In this document: positions 1 through 13,537 of the stretch, one piece after another
Layout of the letters: the number at the start of each line of letters is the position of its first letter
Position numbering within the stretch: the first letter of the stretch is position 1
Assembly: GCA_013239625.1 (NCBI GenBank)
Contig: MU054391.1
Location: forward strand, 8,093,095-8,157,094
DNA from: Lama guanicoe
Taxonomy: Eukaryota
Direction: 5' to 3'
Length of the DNA: 64,000 nt
Notes under the pieces: model-generated
The model's input: the letters and a program-made list of their open reading frames with translations, nothing else
Database searches by the model: none
What the model was told of the DNA's origin: nothing
Program-made: the position numbers and the translations under genes

Positions 1-178
1 ATGTAATACACCTACAGCGGAATATTACTCAGCCTTAAAAGAAAAGGAAATCCTGACATTTGTGACAATATGGATGAACCTGGAGGACGTTATGCTAAGT
101 GACATCAGTCAGTCACAGAAGGACAAATACTGCATGATTCCACTTACCTGACGTAACTAAAATATTCTGACTCAGAGA
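1..178 (+). mobile_element. L1 3' region fragment (L1MA/MB-like), truncated by window start
   Basis: ggaatattactcagccttaaaa...tggatgaacctggaggacgttatgctaagtga...gacaaatactgcatgattccactta resembles the L1 ORF2-end/3'UTR. Confidence 0.9.
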
Positions 179-339
179 CCTACTTTGGATCCTGCTCTGC
201 CCTCCCCACTACCATTATATCAATAATAAACCTTTTCATACCTTTCGGTGTGTATATGGTGTCATCAGTCTTGACATCTGAGCCAAAGGTTGGATGGGGG
301 GTATCCATTCCATATCTCCAGTTTGCCTACAACACAAAC

Positions 340-1110
340 AATAGCAGACGTCACCAAGCAGATACTGCAACTGGACACTCATACCTCCCCATGGAAACTG
401 TGACACGGGTTGAGCACTAGGGAAAAACTTTTGGCCGTTTCTTGTAAAGTCAGACATGCAACTGCCTTCCTGCCCAGCATTTTGTCTCCTGGATGTTTTC
501 CCAAGAGAAATAAAACAAGTACCCAAAGACTTGTCAAGAATGTTCCTAACGTCCCCAGACTGCAAACAGTCCAGCTGTTTGTCAACAATATAAACATACG
601 TATGTACATGTATGACTGAGCTATTATGCTGTACACCAGAAATTGGCACAGCATTGTAAACTGACTATACTTCAATAAATTTTTTTAAAATTAAAAAATA
701 AAATAAATAAAAGCAAGAAAACCCCAATATAATAGTTGAACAAATTGTGGTATCTTCATGGAACTGAATCCTAGTGGAAGGAGCCACACAACTACTGGGA
801 TGAATCTAAAAAATATGCAGAGAGCAAAAACAAACAGGTCAAAAGAATACACATGGTACAACTTAGCTCATTTGAAGACCAAGACCAGGAGATGCAGAAG
901 TCAGAAGTGATTGCCTCTTTTGGGAAGTAAGAAGCTGGAACTGTTTGGAAAGGGGCTCAAGGGAATTTCTGGTGTGGTGGACAAGTTCTATACCACATTT
1001 CCTTTGGAGGTTACCATGAGCACAGAAAATTGCAAAACTCATTCATCTGAACACTTAAGAGATGTACAGTTTTGTAGATACAGATTATACCTCAGTTTAA
1101 AACAGTGACA
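340..1110 (+). mobile_element. Old L1M (L1MC/ME-like) 3' UTR, interrupted by a younger L1 tail at 594-724
   Basis: ttggccgtttcttgtaaagt, cccaagagaaataaaac, aaagacttgt, aaaactcattcatctgaacacttaaga...ttatacctcagt. Confidence 0.7.
594..724 (+). mobile_element. Short artiodactyl/camelid-type L1 3' tail nested in older L1
   Basis: tatgctgtacaccagaaattggcacagcattgtaaactgactatacttcaataaa plus A-rich tail; candidate 8-bp TSD caatataa at 586-593 and 725-732. Confidence 0.85.
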
Positions 1111-2391
1111 AAAGGCCAAGCATACTACACATTCAGAAAACTAGTATCTTAAAGATGCTAACAAGTATCCTTCATTGCAGCACATATCCAGCTGCTTCAA
1201 GGGCACCTTCCTGCATAGGACGTGACATCGTGAATTAGGATTTTAATTTATAAACCTGTTTGCCATGCGAAGACACTGGGTCCAGAAATGCAAATAACTT
1301 CTCAGTTTATGCAGCTACTGGTGCAGCTGGAAAAAGAATGCTCGTCTTTGGACTTCTAATCTCCCCCCGCCCCTTGTGGGAAGTGTACTCACACTGTGAT
1401 GCTTCCTAGACGTGTCCTAATCTTAGTGTGACTTTGACAGTTGGTAAGTAGAGGGCGTGGGTTCTGTCCACAGACACTTGCATTGCGTGAGGGTCCTCGT
1501 GCACATGACACTGCCTGGGATTTATGATTCTGAAAGATGGAGCCTTTCTGGAAGTCTTTTCACTGACTGGCCAGCAAGCATGTGCACCAAAAAGCTAATG
1601 GCATCTTGGAGTATGAGGTAATGATTTATATGACAAGTTCCTTAAGTGTTAAAAATGTTGGCAGTTCACATCCAGGAGGCCACATGCATGGAGCTCCTCT
1701 CTTCTGCCATGGACTGCTGATAAAATACTTTTAATTATATTATGCAATCATCCCAAAGAAAATAGATAGCTTTCAGCTGCTGAGTTTCCTTTCAATGACC
1801 TGATTAAAATGCATCAGGGGAGACGGGGCCCAGATGTTTTTGTCACTAACTGATAAGATATTGCTAGTAATCCTCACCGATTGCTGAAATTATAGCAAAA
1901 ATGCAAATAACAGGAAAAGAGCCATGTCTTAATAGCAAGATAGGAACAGCATCTCCTGTAAGCTGTATCTTTTGAGGATTTATCTTTCTTTACCTTTTAA
2001 TGTATTTTCCCTGGGGTTTGACAGCTATTCCAGGCTCTCTCCACTCAGTTCGCTGGGGAAGAGAATTACAGCAGTGACCGCAGGCACGCTCTTCGAATTA
2101 AGTTTATAAACAGTGTCGATTTAAGGCAAAATTTGTGAAATAAGATAACGTTACTTCTGATGCCTCACATGTTTGTTCACAGAACAGTTACTGTTAACTT
2201 GAGATTCTGAATAGAAATTAGTTCTTACTCAGATTGTGATAAAGCTGTTATCCTTGCCACCAGCCTCTCTGCGCTTCTGTTTGTCCTTTAAAATGCCCTC
2301 AGGTCGATATCTGTAGGACACGCGAATCACCATGCCTCCACTCTGGCCAAACGCCGTCAGCACAATGGGAGGATGCTTAGCGTCCAACAGG

Positions 2392-2592
2392 CTAGAGGGC
2401 AGTAATCTTTTTGTGTAAAGAGACAGAAAATACAGTTTCAGCCTTTGCAGGCCATCACGTTTCGGCTGTTGCAGCATCCACAAATAATACGTAAGGGAAC
2501 GGGTGTGACTGTGTCCCACTCAACCTTTATTTACGAAAATAGGCAGGAGGTCAGGTTTGACCCATGGGTCCTCCTTTGGTGACTTCTGAACT
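2392..2592. mobile_element. MER58A-like hAT-Charlie MITE
   Basis: tgtaaagagacagaaaatac...gcctttgcaggcca...gggtgtgactgtgtccc...ctttatttacgaaaataggcagg...ggtttgacccatgggtc. Confidence 0.8.
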
Positions 2593-3602
2593 AGTAGACC
2601 AATAAATTATATGTTTTGATGTAGAATTGCACTTTTAACATCCGGGGAAGTTTATGTTCAATTCTCCAAAAATGACTGCCGAAATTTCTAAACTGCCATA
2701 AAAACACAAAATGTGTCCGTGCACCATGTTTTCACATGTTGTAAAAACAGTCAAGGAAGCATGTTAGGGCGTAACTTCCATTTACATTAGGAGTCAGAGT
2801 CCTTGCTCTTGACAGGGCCAAATATATGTACAAACATAATTACAAACAATAGCTAGGTGTTAAATCTATTTTGCAAAATAAACTTGGAAGCACGCCCCAG
2901 ACCAACTTATAAGTTATGGATTTAATATTAGCATAGTTGCTGCACTCTTTGTTGGCAAAATACAGAGTCCTTTACATGAGAAAGAAATGACACAAAGGGT
3001 TAGTCATGTGATCAGACCTTTCTCCTTGAACGGAGCAACCTGAGCTGGCCGGTTCCACATACAGTGATGTTTTATGCCCACAGCTGAGAATGATGGCAAA
3101 TTTTAAATAAAAGCATGAAACATCAGAGATCATCTTAATATCCAGTTATCTACTTGAATATTTCAAAGTTATTTTTAACCTGTTATGTATAAACCATAAT
3201 TTTCTCTCCTCAGACTTTTTCCTCTGTGTATTACCCGTTCATATGGTATAAAGGTATTTGCTAAACAGGTATATGAGGGACAAGAAAAGGTGTGAATTAA
3301 TATTTGAGGGCTGTTTGCTTTTTTTTTTAATTTTTAATTTTTTACCCCAAGAAGAGGCAGTATTCCTTGCGGTATTCTGTCTGTGCTAGCTTTTTTTTTT
3401 TTTTTTTTTTACAATCAAAAGGAGCCAGAATCCCTTCTCAAAATAGCAGGCAATAGAATTTTCATCAGTGAGAATGAGTGTAACCAGTGTGAATGTCTCT
3501 GCTTCTCTTGTGTGTGTTGGAAGCGCACAGAGAGCCCTGCCCACAGAAAGGAGGGTTCTCCAGCAGAGATCACGGATGGCTTGTTCATAGAACTAAGCTA
3601 GC

Positions 3603-4072
3603 GTGAAAGACACTTTCAAAGGTGACCCGATAATCCCTCACTTCCTGCATTCTCCTTTGCAATGTGACCTTGCCTCCCTCCCATCAGGAGGTGAAGTCTT
3701 CCCCTCCCCTGGAATCTGATCTAGCCCTGGACTGGCTCTGGCTCACAGGGTGAAGCAGAAGGGATACTGTGTGACTTCTAGGCCTTCCAGCTTCCATTTT
3801 CACTCCTTTGAAGTCTTGTGCCATGAGGTAAGGAAGTCCCACTGTCTCACTGGGGAGACGACGCGGAGAGAGAGGCCCCCAGTTGCTGCAGCCATCTCAG
3901 CTGAAGTACTGAGGATTAAGTACATAGGATTACGGCCATCTGGGAGCATCCTCCCCCTGCCCCAGCTGAACTTCAGGTGATGACCAGAGCAAGAGTGACC
4001 TCGGGTGAAACCAGAAGACACTCTGCATGGCAGAATCATGAGAAAATAAATGGTTGTTGTGTAGACAGACAT
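3603..4072 (+). mobile_element. MLT1-family MaLR solo LTR
   Basis: tgcaatgtgaccttgcctccctcccatcaggaggtgaagtct...cccctggaatctg; 3' end cagaatcatgagaaaataaatggttgttgt. Confidence 0.8.
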
Positions 4073-4329
4073 GATGGATGTGGCTCATTCTATGTGTTTG
4101 CTCTGCACGAGCATGCTTTTAAAAATCTTTGCAGTTTCAAGGCACTAAGAAGATGACGAGCTGAGCTGCTGCTGGATGTTTGCTTCCATACGTCACCATT
4201 ATGCAGATTTTAATAAACACCAGAAACTTGCTCTGGATGTTGAGCCATCCAGAGAGCATTAGCATTAGCAATTCAGAGAGCTTTGTAGATCCAGGAAAAG
4301 AAAAAATTTACATTTTCTGGTATTTTACA

Positions 4330-4500
4330 ATTTTCAAAGAAATTTCATAATCATCATCTCATTTCTACTTTAAAATGTACCAGGGAGAGTCACAGGGCAG
4401 GTACCATGACCCACATTAGACATTTGAGGGTCAGAAGGTTAATGATGACTTTCTCAACAGTGCGGGTAAGAATTAACCTAGTTAAGATTTGAAATCACAT
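4330..4500 (-). mobile_element. MIR SINE fragment (degenerate)
   Basis: catcatctcattt...gcaggtaccatgacccacatt...tgagggtcagaaggttaatgatgact. Confidence 0.5.
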
Positions 4501-6775
4501 TTTAGAAGCATAGTCTCTTTGTCTGATTACTCTTCCTTAGATGTTAAGCTAGTTTTCTGGATGAGAAGCAAGGAGATGTCTTGGGTACAGACAAAACCAT
4601 TTTCTGCAATCAGTGCTCTGTCACTGTAAGTGTTTGCCAATGTCTACGCTAAAAAATTAGAGCTGGCACAGAGGTCTGTCTGTTTTCATGGGTCTTGGGG
4701 TCAACTGAAGCACGTTCAGGGATGACCGCAGTGCCTGTCATGTGGTACAGTCTAAAAAGTGTGATTATTATTCTTCGTGTTATTCCGCACTGTAGTATGG
4801 AGCGTTCCGTACTCTAATTATGCACAGAACCCCTCCCCCTCCCCCAGTACATACCTACCCACCACTCAGAAACACAGGACCCGAGCGCCCAACTTTCCAG
4901 GCTGAAATCGCATTTTGGTGCGTGAAAATACTGCACATGGTTTTGTACCATTAGTGCCCTCATATCATCGAGGGAGCGTTGATTTTACCATTTCTGTAAA
5001 CTGGAAGTGAACTTGCATTTTTATAGCTGGAATGCTGATTTAAACGTATGAGCAGAGGTGATTATTCAAAATTGCCCTGCATCAGGTTTAATTTTCAAAT
5101 GAGAAGAAAGTTTCCTACCTTCATAACTTTTTAGTAAGGTGTATTGATACTTCTATACAAGAAGCCACAAGGAGGTGCAGGTAAGAAGTTTATTTTCGTT
5201 GTGATTGCTAACTCTCTCGCATTTTAGATATCAAATATTTTAAGGGTTATGAATAATTACAGGGAGACTAGCTTCCTTGTTTTCTCACAAAATGGTTTAT
5301 CTCATCTTTCTCTATCATTGCCCAACCGTTTCTATGCTGGATGCCTGATGAGATAGGGCAGTGGTTTTGTAACCAAGTCCTCTCACCTGCACACCAACCC
5401 TCATTTCCTGTCCAGTATCTGAGCCTGTTTCCCTGTCATATACATCGTTTTCACTCGTTACATTGCACTGGTTTTCTAAGCTATCCTGGCCTTTCTTTTG
5501 GAATTGAAATTCCCTTGCAGGTAGAATGGTTAATGGAAGAGCGAGAGAGAGAAAAGGGGGGAGGAGCTGAGAAGCTATTTTCTGATGAGTTTTATGATTT
5601 TTGTTTTGGCCTCTACCTGGAATGGAGTTCAGGGAAACCAGGGGTGTGCTTCAGATCAGGGGCAGCACTGGGTCCCTGCGGCCCTGTCGTTGGACAAGCC
5701 CTTTCCGTTGCGGACCTGACTTAGTCCCATTGAAGACAGTTATCCTGGCGCCCCGTCTCCTGCCTGCCCAGGTGAGAGGAGCTCAGAGTGTATTCCGAAT
5801 GCATTTTTAAAGACGAACAGTCGAACATTACTGATTTTTTTTATGGAATGTTTTGTTCCTCTCTACTCCCTGCAGGGCAGATTTACAGTAGAAGGTGCCC
5901 AGGATGTCAACATCGTATTACAGGCGTGGGACCAAATCTCAGAGGTCCAAATCTCTGGATTAGATGTTCTACTTTAAGGGAAGATAATAGTTCTCTGAAA
6001 TGGAAGATACATGAGATTGATTCTGAGCTTTGACTATAATGTATAATATTCTTTGGGGCTGACATTCAAGTAAATGACACCGATTATACTAAATAACAGT
6101 AGACAGTTACGGTCCCTTTGTGGCCTCCAATGGTTTAAAAACATCTGGCATCTACCCAAGACTAGGCTTTTTGTTTGTTAATTATAATCTTAAAAATGAA
6201 GGCCTCCAGTTGTCCTTCAGGGGCCACTGAGAAAATATTCCTACATGTTCCGTTCCTCAAGGCTCTGTTGCTGTAAATAATGTAAATGACCGGGCCTAGA
6301 TCAGGCTTCATTTAAAAACATGGAGTTCCCAGCTATTCACGCATGCAACCAACCATGGATCAATAACACTGTAAGCGTGCGCTCCAGCTTGAGTTGCCTG
6401 CTCTGTGCAGTGAAACCACCATGCTGGGGTGCTGCTGCTAAGGGGCTGGGAGCTACAGTTTATATGTGAAATAATAAAGGACAAAAGCCAGGGCTGTGGC
6501 TTCCAGGAACAAGTACATACTGGGCAAATGCAAAAGAGGAAATCAAGATGTTTTCAAAAACCAGAGGTCTGAAGTTTATTATCACCGGGTTACTGGTTTA
6601 CCGTTATATTCAGACGTGGCAGGGTGTGTTTGCAGGTCTGACTGGCTGGGGGAGCCTACGGTGTGCTTTGAGGAAGCTTCGGAAGCCTCCTGGGACTAAG
6701 GGGGAGTGCATCCAGGTGCTCAAGTTTATGTCAAGGACAGTACATTGCCTTAAAGGGTATGTATAATTTGGAGGT

Positions 6776-6843
6776 ATTTCCTTGTCTGTTTCTTAACATT
6801 TCCTTGTCTGTTTCTTAACATTTCCTTGTCTGTTTCTTAACAT
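6776..6843. repeat. 22-bp tandem repeat, 3 perfect copies
   Basis: atttccttgtctgtttcttaac at 6776, 6798 and 6820. Confidence 0.98.
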
Positions 6844-7125
6844 GGTCCCTTTTTTCTCAGGCTCTAGGGAACTGTACTTAAATTCCAAGGTAGGGTTGTG
6901 ACGAAAAAGTGTATAGAAGGTAAAAGATCTAGAAAGCTGTGAGTGCATCCTGGTAGTTCCTGCCACAACGACGTGACAACACCTTTGCCCAGATGCAAGA
7001 ACCTTCCCATCTGGGATCAGAACCGTGGATACTGCTGGTGAGGCCAACAGCAGCTCTGACGTTGGACACAAGCACTGCGGCAACTTCCGTGGGACCTGCT
7101 ATTTCTCTCTTCTGTTTGTGCTCAG

Positions 7126-7211
7126 AAGAAGAGGAAAAAGGCAGATGCCGCAGATTATTCAAGTGACTCGCTTCGTGAGCATCCTGGAGATACTCCCTCG
7201 GACTCCTTTAG
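7126..7211 (+). other. Candidate internal exon (86 nt), gene unknown
   Basis: atttctctcttctgtttgtgctcag| acceptor, purine-rich start aagaagaggaaaaag, tttag|gtgagg donor. Confidence 0.3.
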
Positions 7212-9659
7212 GTGAGGTAGACTGAGCTGGCCTTAACAGGAGGGGAACACTTGGTGGGAAATAGGATGGAACTTCAGGGAGTGTAGGTGGGACTAGAGAT
7301 TTGTGCCGGGGAATGCTCACGTATCACCTGAATGTTGAGAGGGGTCCACTCGCTCAGTGTGTGGCTGTGTGTGAGGGCGTTTAGTGAGTGAGATGTCCGA
7401 AGCTTCTTCCTCCTGTCAACCCCTGAGGGACTGAGAACGTGGAGCTGAGCCACTAGAGAGTAAATCAAAGGATTTGGCACCCAGAGGTTAATACAGAGAA
7501 AAAAGGCTTATTTGAATATATCATTTGAACGGATTAAAAAAAATTAACATTTAAGAGAGTTAAGAACATGCAGAGACATAGAGAATTATTAAGGGCAATT
7601 ACAAACTCTTTTAAGTGGATAATGTAAGGGAGAAATTTGCATAAAAAAGGATTATCACCAAAAGAAGAACTTTTCCTTCTAAGAATTCTGAGAATTCCAG
7701 TAAAACAGCCCACACAGCTATAGAAGGGCAATTATTAAACAAGCTATACTAAACCGCACTGACGATTCTTCGTTTTGCACGGTGAGCCAACCACTGAAGG
7801 TTGCTTTGGGTCAGCTAAGTTCAGGGCTTGGTTGTCCATCCCAGCCTAGCTCCGGTCTTCGGCGAGGGCAGAGACTGCTGGGTGCTCAGCCTGCCGAGCT
7901 GAGGGAAAGCTCAGGAGGAGACGGCTGAGGGACTGGGATGAGGAGGTGGTCATGGCTCTACCGCAGAGTAGACGCGAAGGGCTGCCAAAGGCCAAGACAG
8001 GGACTAAAGGATGCAGTTTCTAACTAGATGTAATTCCTCAGTTTGCTCTTCTGCTTTTGAGCTTCCTGGGTGTATCTGGGGACAGTGCATGAACCATGGC
8101 TGCTGGATCTGGTTTTTAATCAAACCAGGTCCATGAATGGGAAGAGGCTGCTCTGTTTAGCAGCTTGCACGAAGGACACTCTGTGTCTGAAACCATGTCA
8201 GTGCTCTTCAAATGCACACGTTGCCCATTCATTCTGTATAATTTATAACAGCTGTTAAGGCCCTACTCTGTGCACACGGCCCCGTGGATGCTGTGTGAAG
8301 GGGGCATGCGTTCACTCAACAATCTACGGTTTAGTGAGGGGGAAGGCAGACGGGTATGAAACTGCAACTCAAGTTATAAAGAGTTTTGGTAAAAGGCGTT
8401 GCCAGTTATGCTGAAAACACTGAAAGACAGTTTGGACATCCAGTAAGAGCTCTGTGAAGAAGTTTCACATAAGTTGCATAATAGAAGACATCACGAAGGC
8501 TGACAGCTGAGAAACAGAGCAGAGCGTTGGAAATACTTAACTGGAATTATTGATGGGAAGTGTTATTCTCCACTTTGCACAACTGGAAACATTATCAGAG
8601 GCAGAGGCACCTTCAGCCAGGTCAAAGGGATTACAAGAGGAAAAGAGTAAATAAACACACACGATTTTAAAAAACAAGTCCTTTTCTTTTAGGAAGGTAC
8701 AATTATTTAGAGCTGACAGTGGAAACCCAGGGTGCACAGGTTTTCTAGAAAGCTTAGAGGCTGCCGACTTGTCCTACTTTGTCTTAGACCAAAACCATAA
8801 AAATTCTACCCTGTATAAATTGAGCTAATTTATAATTATAAATTATATTTATAATAATTGAGGCATTGAGCTACACTTAATCTTAAAAGGATTTTTTAAA
8901 ATGGATTTTTCAACCCCACTTAGTTAAATTAAACTCAAGAATCTTTCCTGAAGGATCAACTGTGTTGTTTCTAGAAAGCAGAGGCCACAAACAAGGTCAC
9001 TGAAACCACAACTCTTTCTTTCAGGGCACTTCCAAGTGACCCTTCGGGTCCACTACGTTGACAGGCTGGACATGTTCACGAAATAAGAGGAAAAGCGAAG
9101 AAGTACGGTGCAATTCGCGAAGTGCTAAAGAAGATTCCATTTTTAAAATAACATTTGCATTAAATGTTACCTAGGTGGGTTTTATGCATTTTTGTTTAAC
9201 GGACATTTGCTATCTCCTCCATTATAGAAGTGTGGTTGGGTGTGAACAGGAAATAAATCCTCCTTATTTGTGTCATAAGATATTCGGTCAGCATCTACTC
9301 TGTTGTGTCAGAGCAACACTTGCAATCCTTCAAAACGGGAAGCACCAAGTAATTTGGGTGTTTACTGTCACACTTGGAGGAACACTGAATATGAGTGATA
9401 GGTCTTGAATCACAACAACTAAAATCTAAGTGTTAAAAAATGAACTTTTCAATAATAAGTAAGTCTAAGAATAATTGTTCTGAAGCACTGCGGAAGGCTT
9501 GGGGTATTGCTGATATATGTAATAGCAAGAACTTATGACACGTTGCCCACGGCATGGGACTACAGTAAATTTCCATGAACCTCAATATCCATATATGTTA
9601 AAGAGCCCATAGCGCCCTTGGATTCCTTAAAACAGACTTGGTCTTTGTAAGGCTGGATT

Positions 9660-9830
9660 GCAGTGCAGAAATCTCCACCTACTAGCCTGGCCACCTTGGA
9701 CAATTTATTAACCGTTACAATTCTCAATTTCTTAAATTGTAACAGACACATGATTGCACTGAAGGACTCTTAAGAAGACAAGTAATACATGAGTTGCCAC
9801 CATGTTCCTAATCCTGGCAATGTGTGTCAA
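9660..9830 (+). mobile_element. MIR SINE fragment
   Basis: ccacctactagcctggccaccttggacaatttattaacc...ctcaatttcttaaattgtaa. Confidence 0.6.
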
Positions 9831-10177
9831 GATCTCATTTCCCTTAATAGCCAAATTGTACTAGCTCAATCTTGCCGAATTAGTAGACTCTCCAGTCTTT
9901 TTGCCAGTATTATTGAGGACCTTTATACTTGCTTATACTTGCCTGTGCATCAGGAGCAACAAGCATTGCTTGTTTATCCATTCATCCATTTGGTGCACAT
10001 GACTAGCTTCTCTTATTCGGCAATTTGGGTAAATGTTTTCAAGGATCATCCATACTGTAGCATCAGTTACCTAATTTCTTTAGTTGGTCTTTTATTTGAT
10101 ATGATAGTCTATCCACAGGGCCTAACACTCTCCAGACAAACATGTGAAAAGAGTATCTTTACTTTCTCTGTATGATC

Positions 10178-10345
10178 AGAGAGGCCATGTAATACAGTAA
10201 AAGCCTTAATTGCAGTTTAGGGATTAAACGTTTGGAAATTCAGGTTCTAATCCTGGATCTGCTTTTAACACTGTGTCCTAGGTTATTCCATTTTTTCTTC
10301 TCTCAACTTCAATTTTATATTCTGCAAAGTAGAGCAGATTTAATT
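10178..10345 (+). mobile_element. MIR SINE fragment
   Basis: caggttctaatcctggatctgc...ctgtgtcctagg...cttcaattttatattctgcaaagt. Confidence 0.55.
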
Positions 10346-10478
10346 ACATTGGTAGTTTTCAACACCAATTTTTTGAATTAGTGGAATGTCTCTCTCTCTC
10401 TCTTTTTGGGTCAAACAGAACTTCTTCTGTCCCCTGACATATCAACCCTATGAGAAGTGAACTACTCTGGTTGAAGGC

Positions 10479-11256
10479 TGTAGCATTTATCAATTTACTG
10501 TCCTTCAGCTCCAAATATGCCCTTCATTATCTCCTGTGTGATGACTGAGCTGACCCTGTAAGCATTCCACCTCTGCATCTAGCATGGCATTCTGATTTTT
10601 CAGTAGAAGATGGTAAAGGTATATTGTAGAAGGAAGGGGATTCTCATCCTAATTCTGGTATTCTTCTGACTTATTCTTCTTGTTCTTTCTGCATGGAAGC
10701 CACTGACATGTCTGGGGAGATTTAGTGATATTTACTCCAATTAAATTTTGGCCACACCTTCATGGACTTCACAAGGAACCTGAGAATCTTACAAGTAAGT
10801 TACCAATGAGTCTTGCAGGCACTCCAGTTGCTGGCTCCCCACACTGGGCCTGCTTGCATCCTAGAGGGGTAGCTCCTGCTTGCCACGCCCAACTGAAATT
10901 CCCAGGCTTCCCACCCACCTACAACATGGAAGGGTGTTCCTGCATGCCAGTGTCCACCAGCCTTGATCCAGAAACAATGGGCCAGCTCTAGCCCAGGACA
11001 ACCAAGTGAACTTCTCCCTCATCTTTTGAGTTTTAACCACAACTTCTCCAACAAGGTGTAAATTCCACACTTGGCAAAGGCTCCTTGCTTCCAAGTTTAT
11101 TTGTTCCCCACATTCTTCCTGAAATCTAGGTTATTTAGAGTTCTTTTTACTGTTTGAAACGAATCCCTTGTTATTAGAAAATAATTCTTGATTTTGAACA
11201 TTTCCTGGTCAAGTTCCTGTGTGGTGTCTATTCCCTGACTGGACGCTGCCAATACA
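10479..11256 (+). mobile_element. ERVL-class solo LTR (family not certain)
   Basis: TG...CA termini (tgtagc...aataca); 3' end gtggtgtctattccctgactggacgctgccaataca resembles old ERVL LTR ends; flanks aaggc/aagct are only a partial TSD. Confidence 0.6.
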
Positions 11257-13240
11257 AAGCTGACACAGGAGCTGGAAATTTGTCTAGTCCTTCTGTTTAC
11301 CTGTGGGAAGAATATGAGGGACCAACAGACAGACACATTTCAAAAACCAGTGGACGGAGTAATTTTTCTACCCTGACATGGTCAAGTTCATCATGAAGGC
11401 AACTGTAGTAAACTTGAGGTGACAAAGGTTTTCCTGTGCAGAGACTGATGGCATCCACCCACCCCCTCTTCACAAGTACGGTTCTGGAGCAGAAGGTCCA
11501 CTCAGCTTTGAGGAGATGTGGGTTTACAACTAGGATTCACTATTAGGAGATATACTTAGTCAAAATATGGAATCTGTGTGAACCTTAATATCCTGTTTTA
11601 TAATTTGGGATCTGTAACCTCACCCTGTGAACTTCATAGGATTGTTATGAGAATCATTTTGATAACATGCATAATATTTATTCATATACTGCGGCCAGCA
11701 AATGTAAGAATGATTGTGACATCTCTTGCTTCTGTTATCACAATGTTCCTTGTTTCTTATATTGAAAATCGAGGCCCAGAAAGAATTAGAAACTTAACCT
11801 AATACAGTATCACTGATAAGGCTCACCTTTGTGTTTCTCCCGAGCAATATGCTTTCCTTATAACATCATACGTTTTGATGACATGTAAGGAAGATGATCC
11901 CAGAAGAAGCTGCTAAACACACTGTCATGTTTTGAATTAGTATTTATAAGGAAATATAACTATTAAATATGTAGAAATTAATTGTGCATAATTTATTTTA
12001 AATGTATACTCAATAATTATTTATGATTTTTTGTAACAAAGATTTCTGATATTCTCATTTTCACCAGGAGAGGCCACTATGATCCAACTTAATGGATTTA
12101 GTGTTACACTGAATAACACTATTTGGTTCAGAAAATTGACAGGCAATTCATAAGGCAATGATCATGGATACGTCTTTCCTTTCTTTCTAACCTCCTTTCG
12201 AAAGGCAGCCACCCCTTCCATCCAAGCATAGAGTTTATAGAATCTCTGTCTTCTGAGACCCTGGAAGAAGCCAAGATTTTAGACACAAAGATTCTAATCT
12301 TAGTTCTAGCACAGAGACAAGCAGTTTAACCCTGGGAATAAACTTAAACTTGTTCAGTTCTACGAAGAGGAGATGACAGTGTGTAGCATGTTTGCTTTTG
12401 TACAGGGTGAAATGAGGGATTACTATTAAAGCACTTAAAACAGCATGTATAACATAGAAGCAGCAGCACACATATTAGTTCCTACAGCTCTAGAATCTCT
12501 GAGGCGCTGTTGCTCACACCTGCTCCTCTGCCCCCAAGCACGTTTTAAAGAATCTTAAAATGGTTTATGTACATTTACCTAAAAATGTAAATGACAGAAG
12601 GCTAAAGTCAAAGCTGTTTATGAGGCTAATAAAGAGACATGAATGGGTGACTAGAAAGGGGAGATGGATTTATCCATTTTTCTCAGTAAATTATAATTGT
12701 AATTAAATTTTTATCTTTATATGTTTAAAATAACAAAATCATACTACCTTTTAATGATAAAATATTAAATTAACAACTCATCTTTCCTTAGATATCTTTT
12801 CTGCTTCTGTAATCATTCAGTAAATGAGTGCAGTGAAACTGGAAACGGAAATGCTAAAAGCAATGGCCATGTTGTTGCCAGTCAGCATGGACCCAAGCCA
12901 TCCTCTTGAGTTAGAGCTATTGAGTTTTGTCTTTTTTATTATATCACAAGAAAAAGTTAATAGAATACGGTTACAATGGACAGAGAATTATTTAGTGCAC
13001 AAGACATAAGATGGAGAAAATCCTTGAAGAGAGAGATCGGGAATACGTTTTTTCCTTTCTGACCATTGTGTTTTGTGGAACACAACGTGATTACATTTTT
13101 ACAAATGTCAGACGCAAAGTTCAGGATTTTGATTGTGCTTGGGAAGGAAGGAGGTAAGTGGGTGAACTAGGAAAGGAATATATGAGAAGGTGAAAGTTCT
13201 TGCTACCATTCTAATTCTTAAGTTTGTTTGTTTTTTTCAC

Positions 13241-13287
13241 TTTAAACATTTTTTTATTGAGTTAGAGTCATTTTACAATGTTGTGTG
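13241..13287 (-). mobile_element. Very short camelid-type L1 3' tail
   Basis: ttttttattgagttagagtcattttacaatgttgtgt is the reverse complement of the tail type seen at 645-680. Confidence 0.65.
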
Positions 13288-13537
13288 TTCACAGTTAAAT
13301 GGTGAATTCCTTCAACTATTTTAATTCCAAAAGAAATGCACAAATGCATGTAAATTTATATATTTGCACTTATTCTCACACATATATCAATACTTCTATA
13401 ATTATAAGTTTATAAATTTTAACACAAAAGTACTTGAGAAATTCATGTCTAGAACAGGAACAATATTTATCACCACCACAGGTAAACTTTACGAGAGTCT
13501 TTGTTGTTTTTTCCTATCTTTGAGTGACTGTTTTTGA

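Noticed and set aside
236..675. 137-aa and 98-aa minus-strand ORFs
   Set aside because: Antisense to L1 3' sequence; no recognisable protein
2386..2404. CTCF-like gctagagggcagta
   Set aside because: Lacks the conserved upstream CC and lies at a MER58 edge
6776..6843. CRISPR-like array
   Set aside because: Head-to-tail repeats with no spacers, in mammalian DNA
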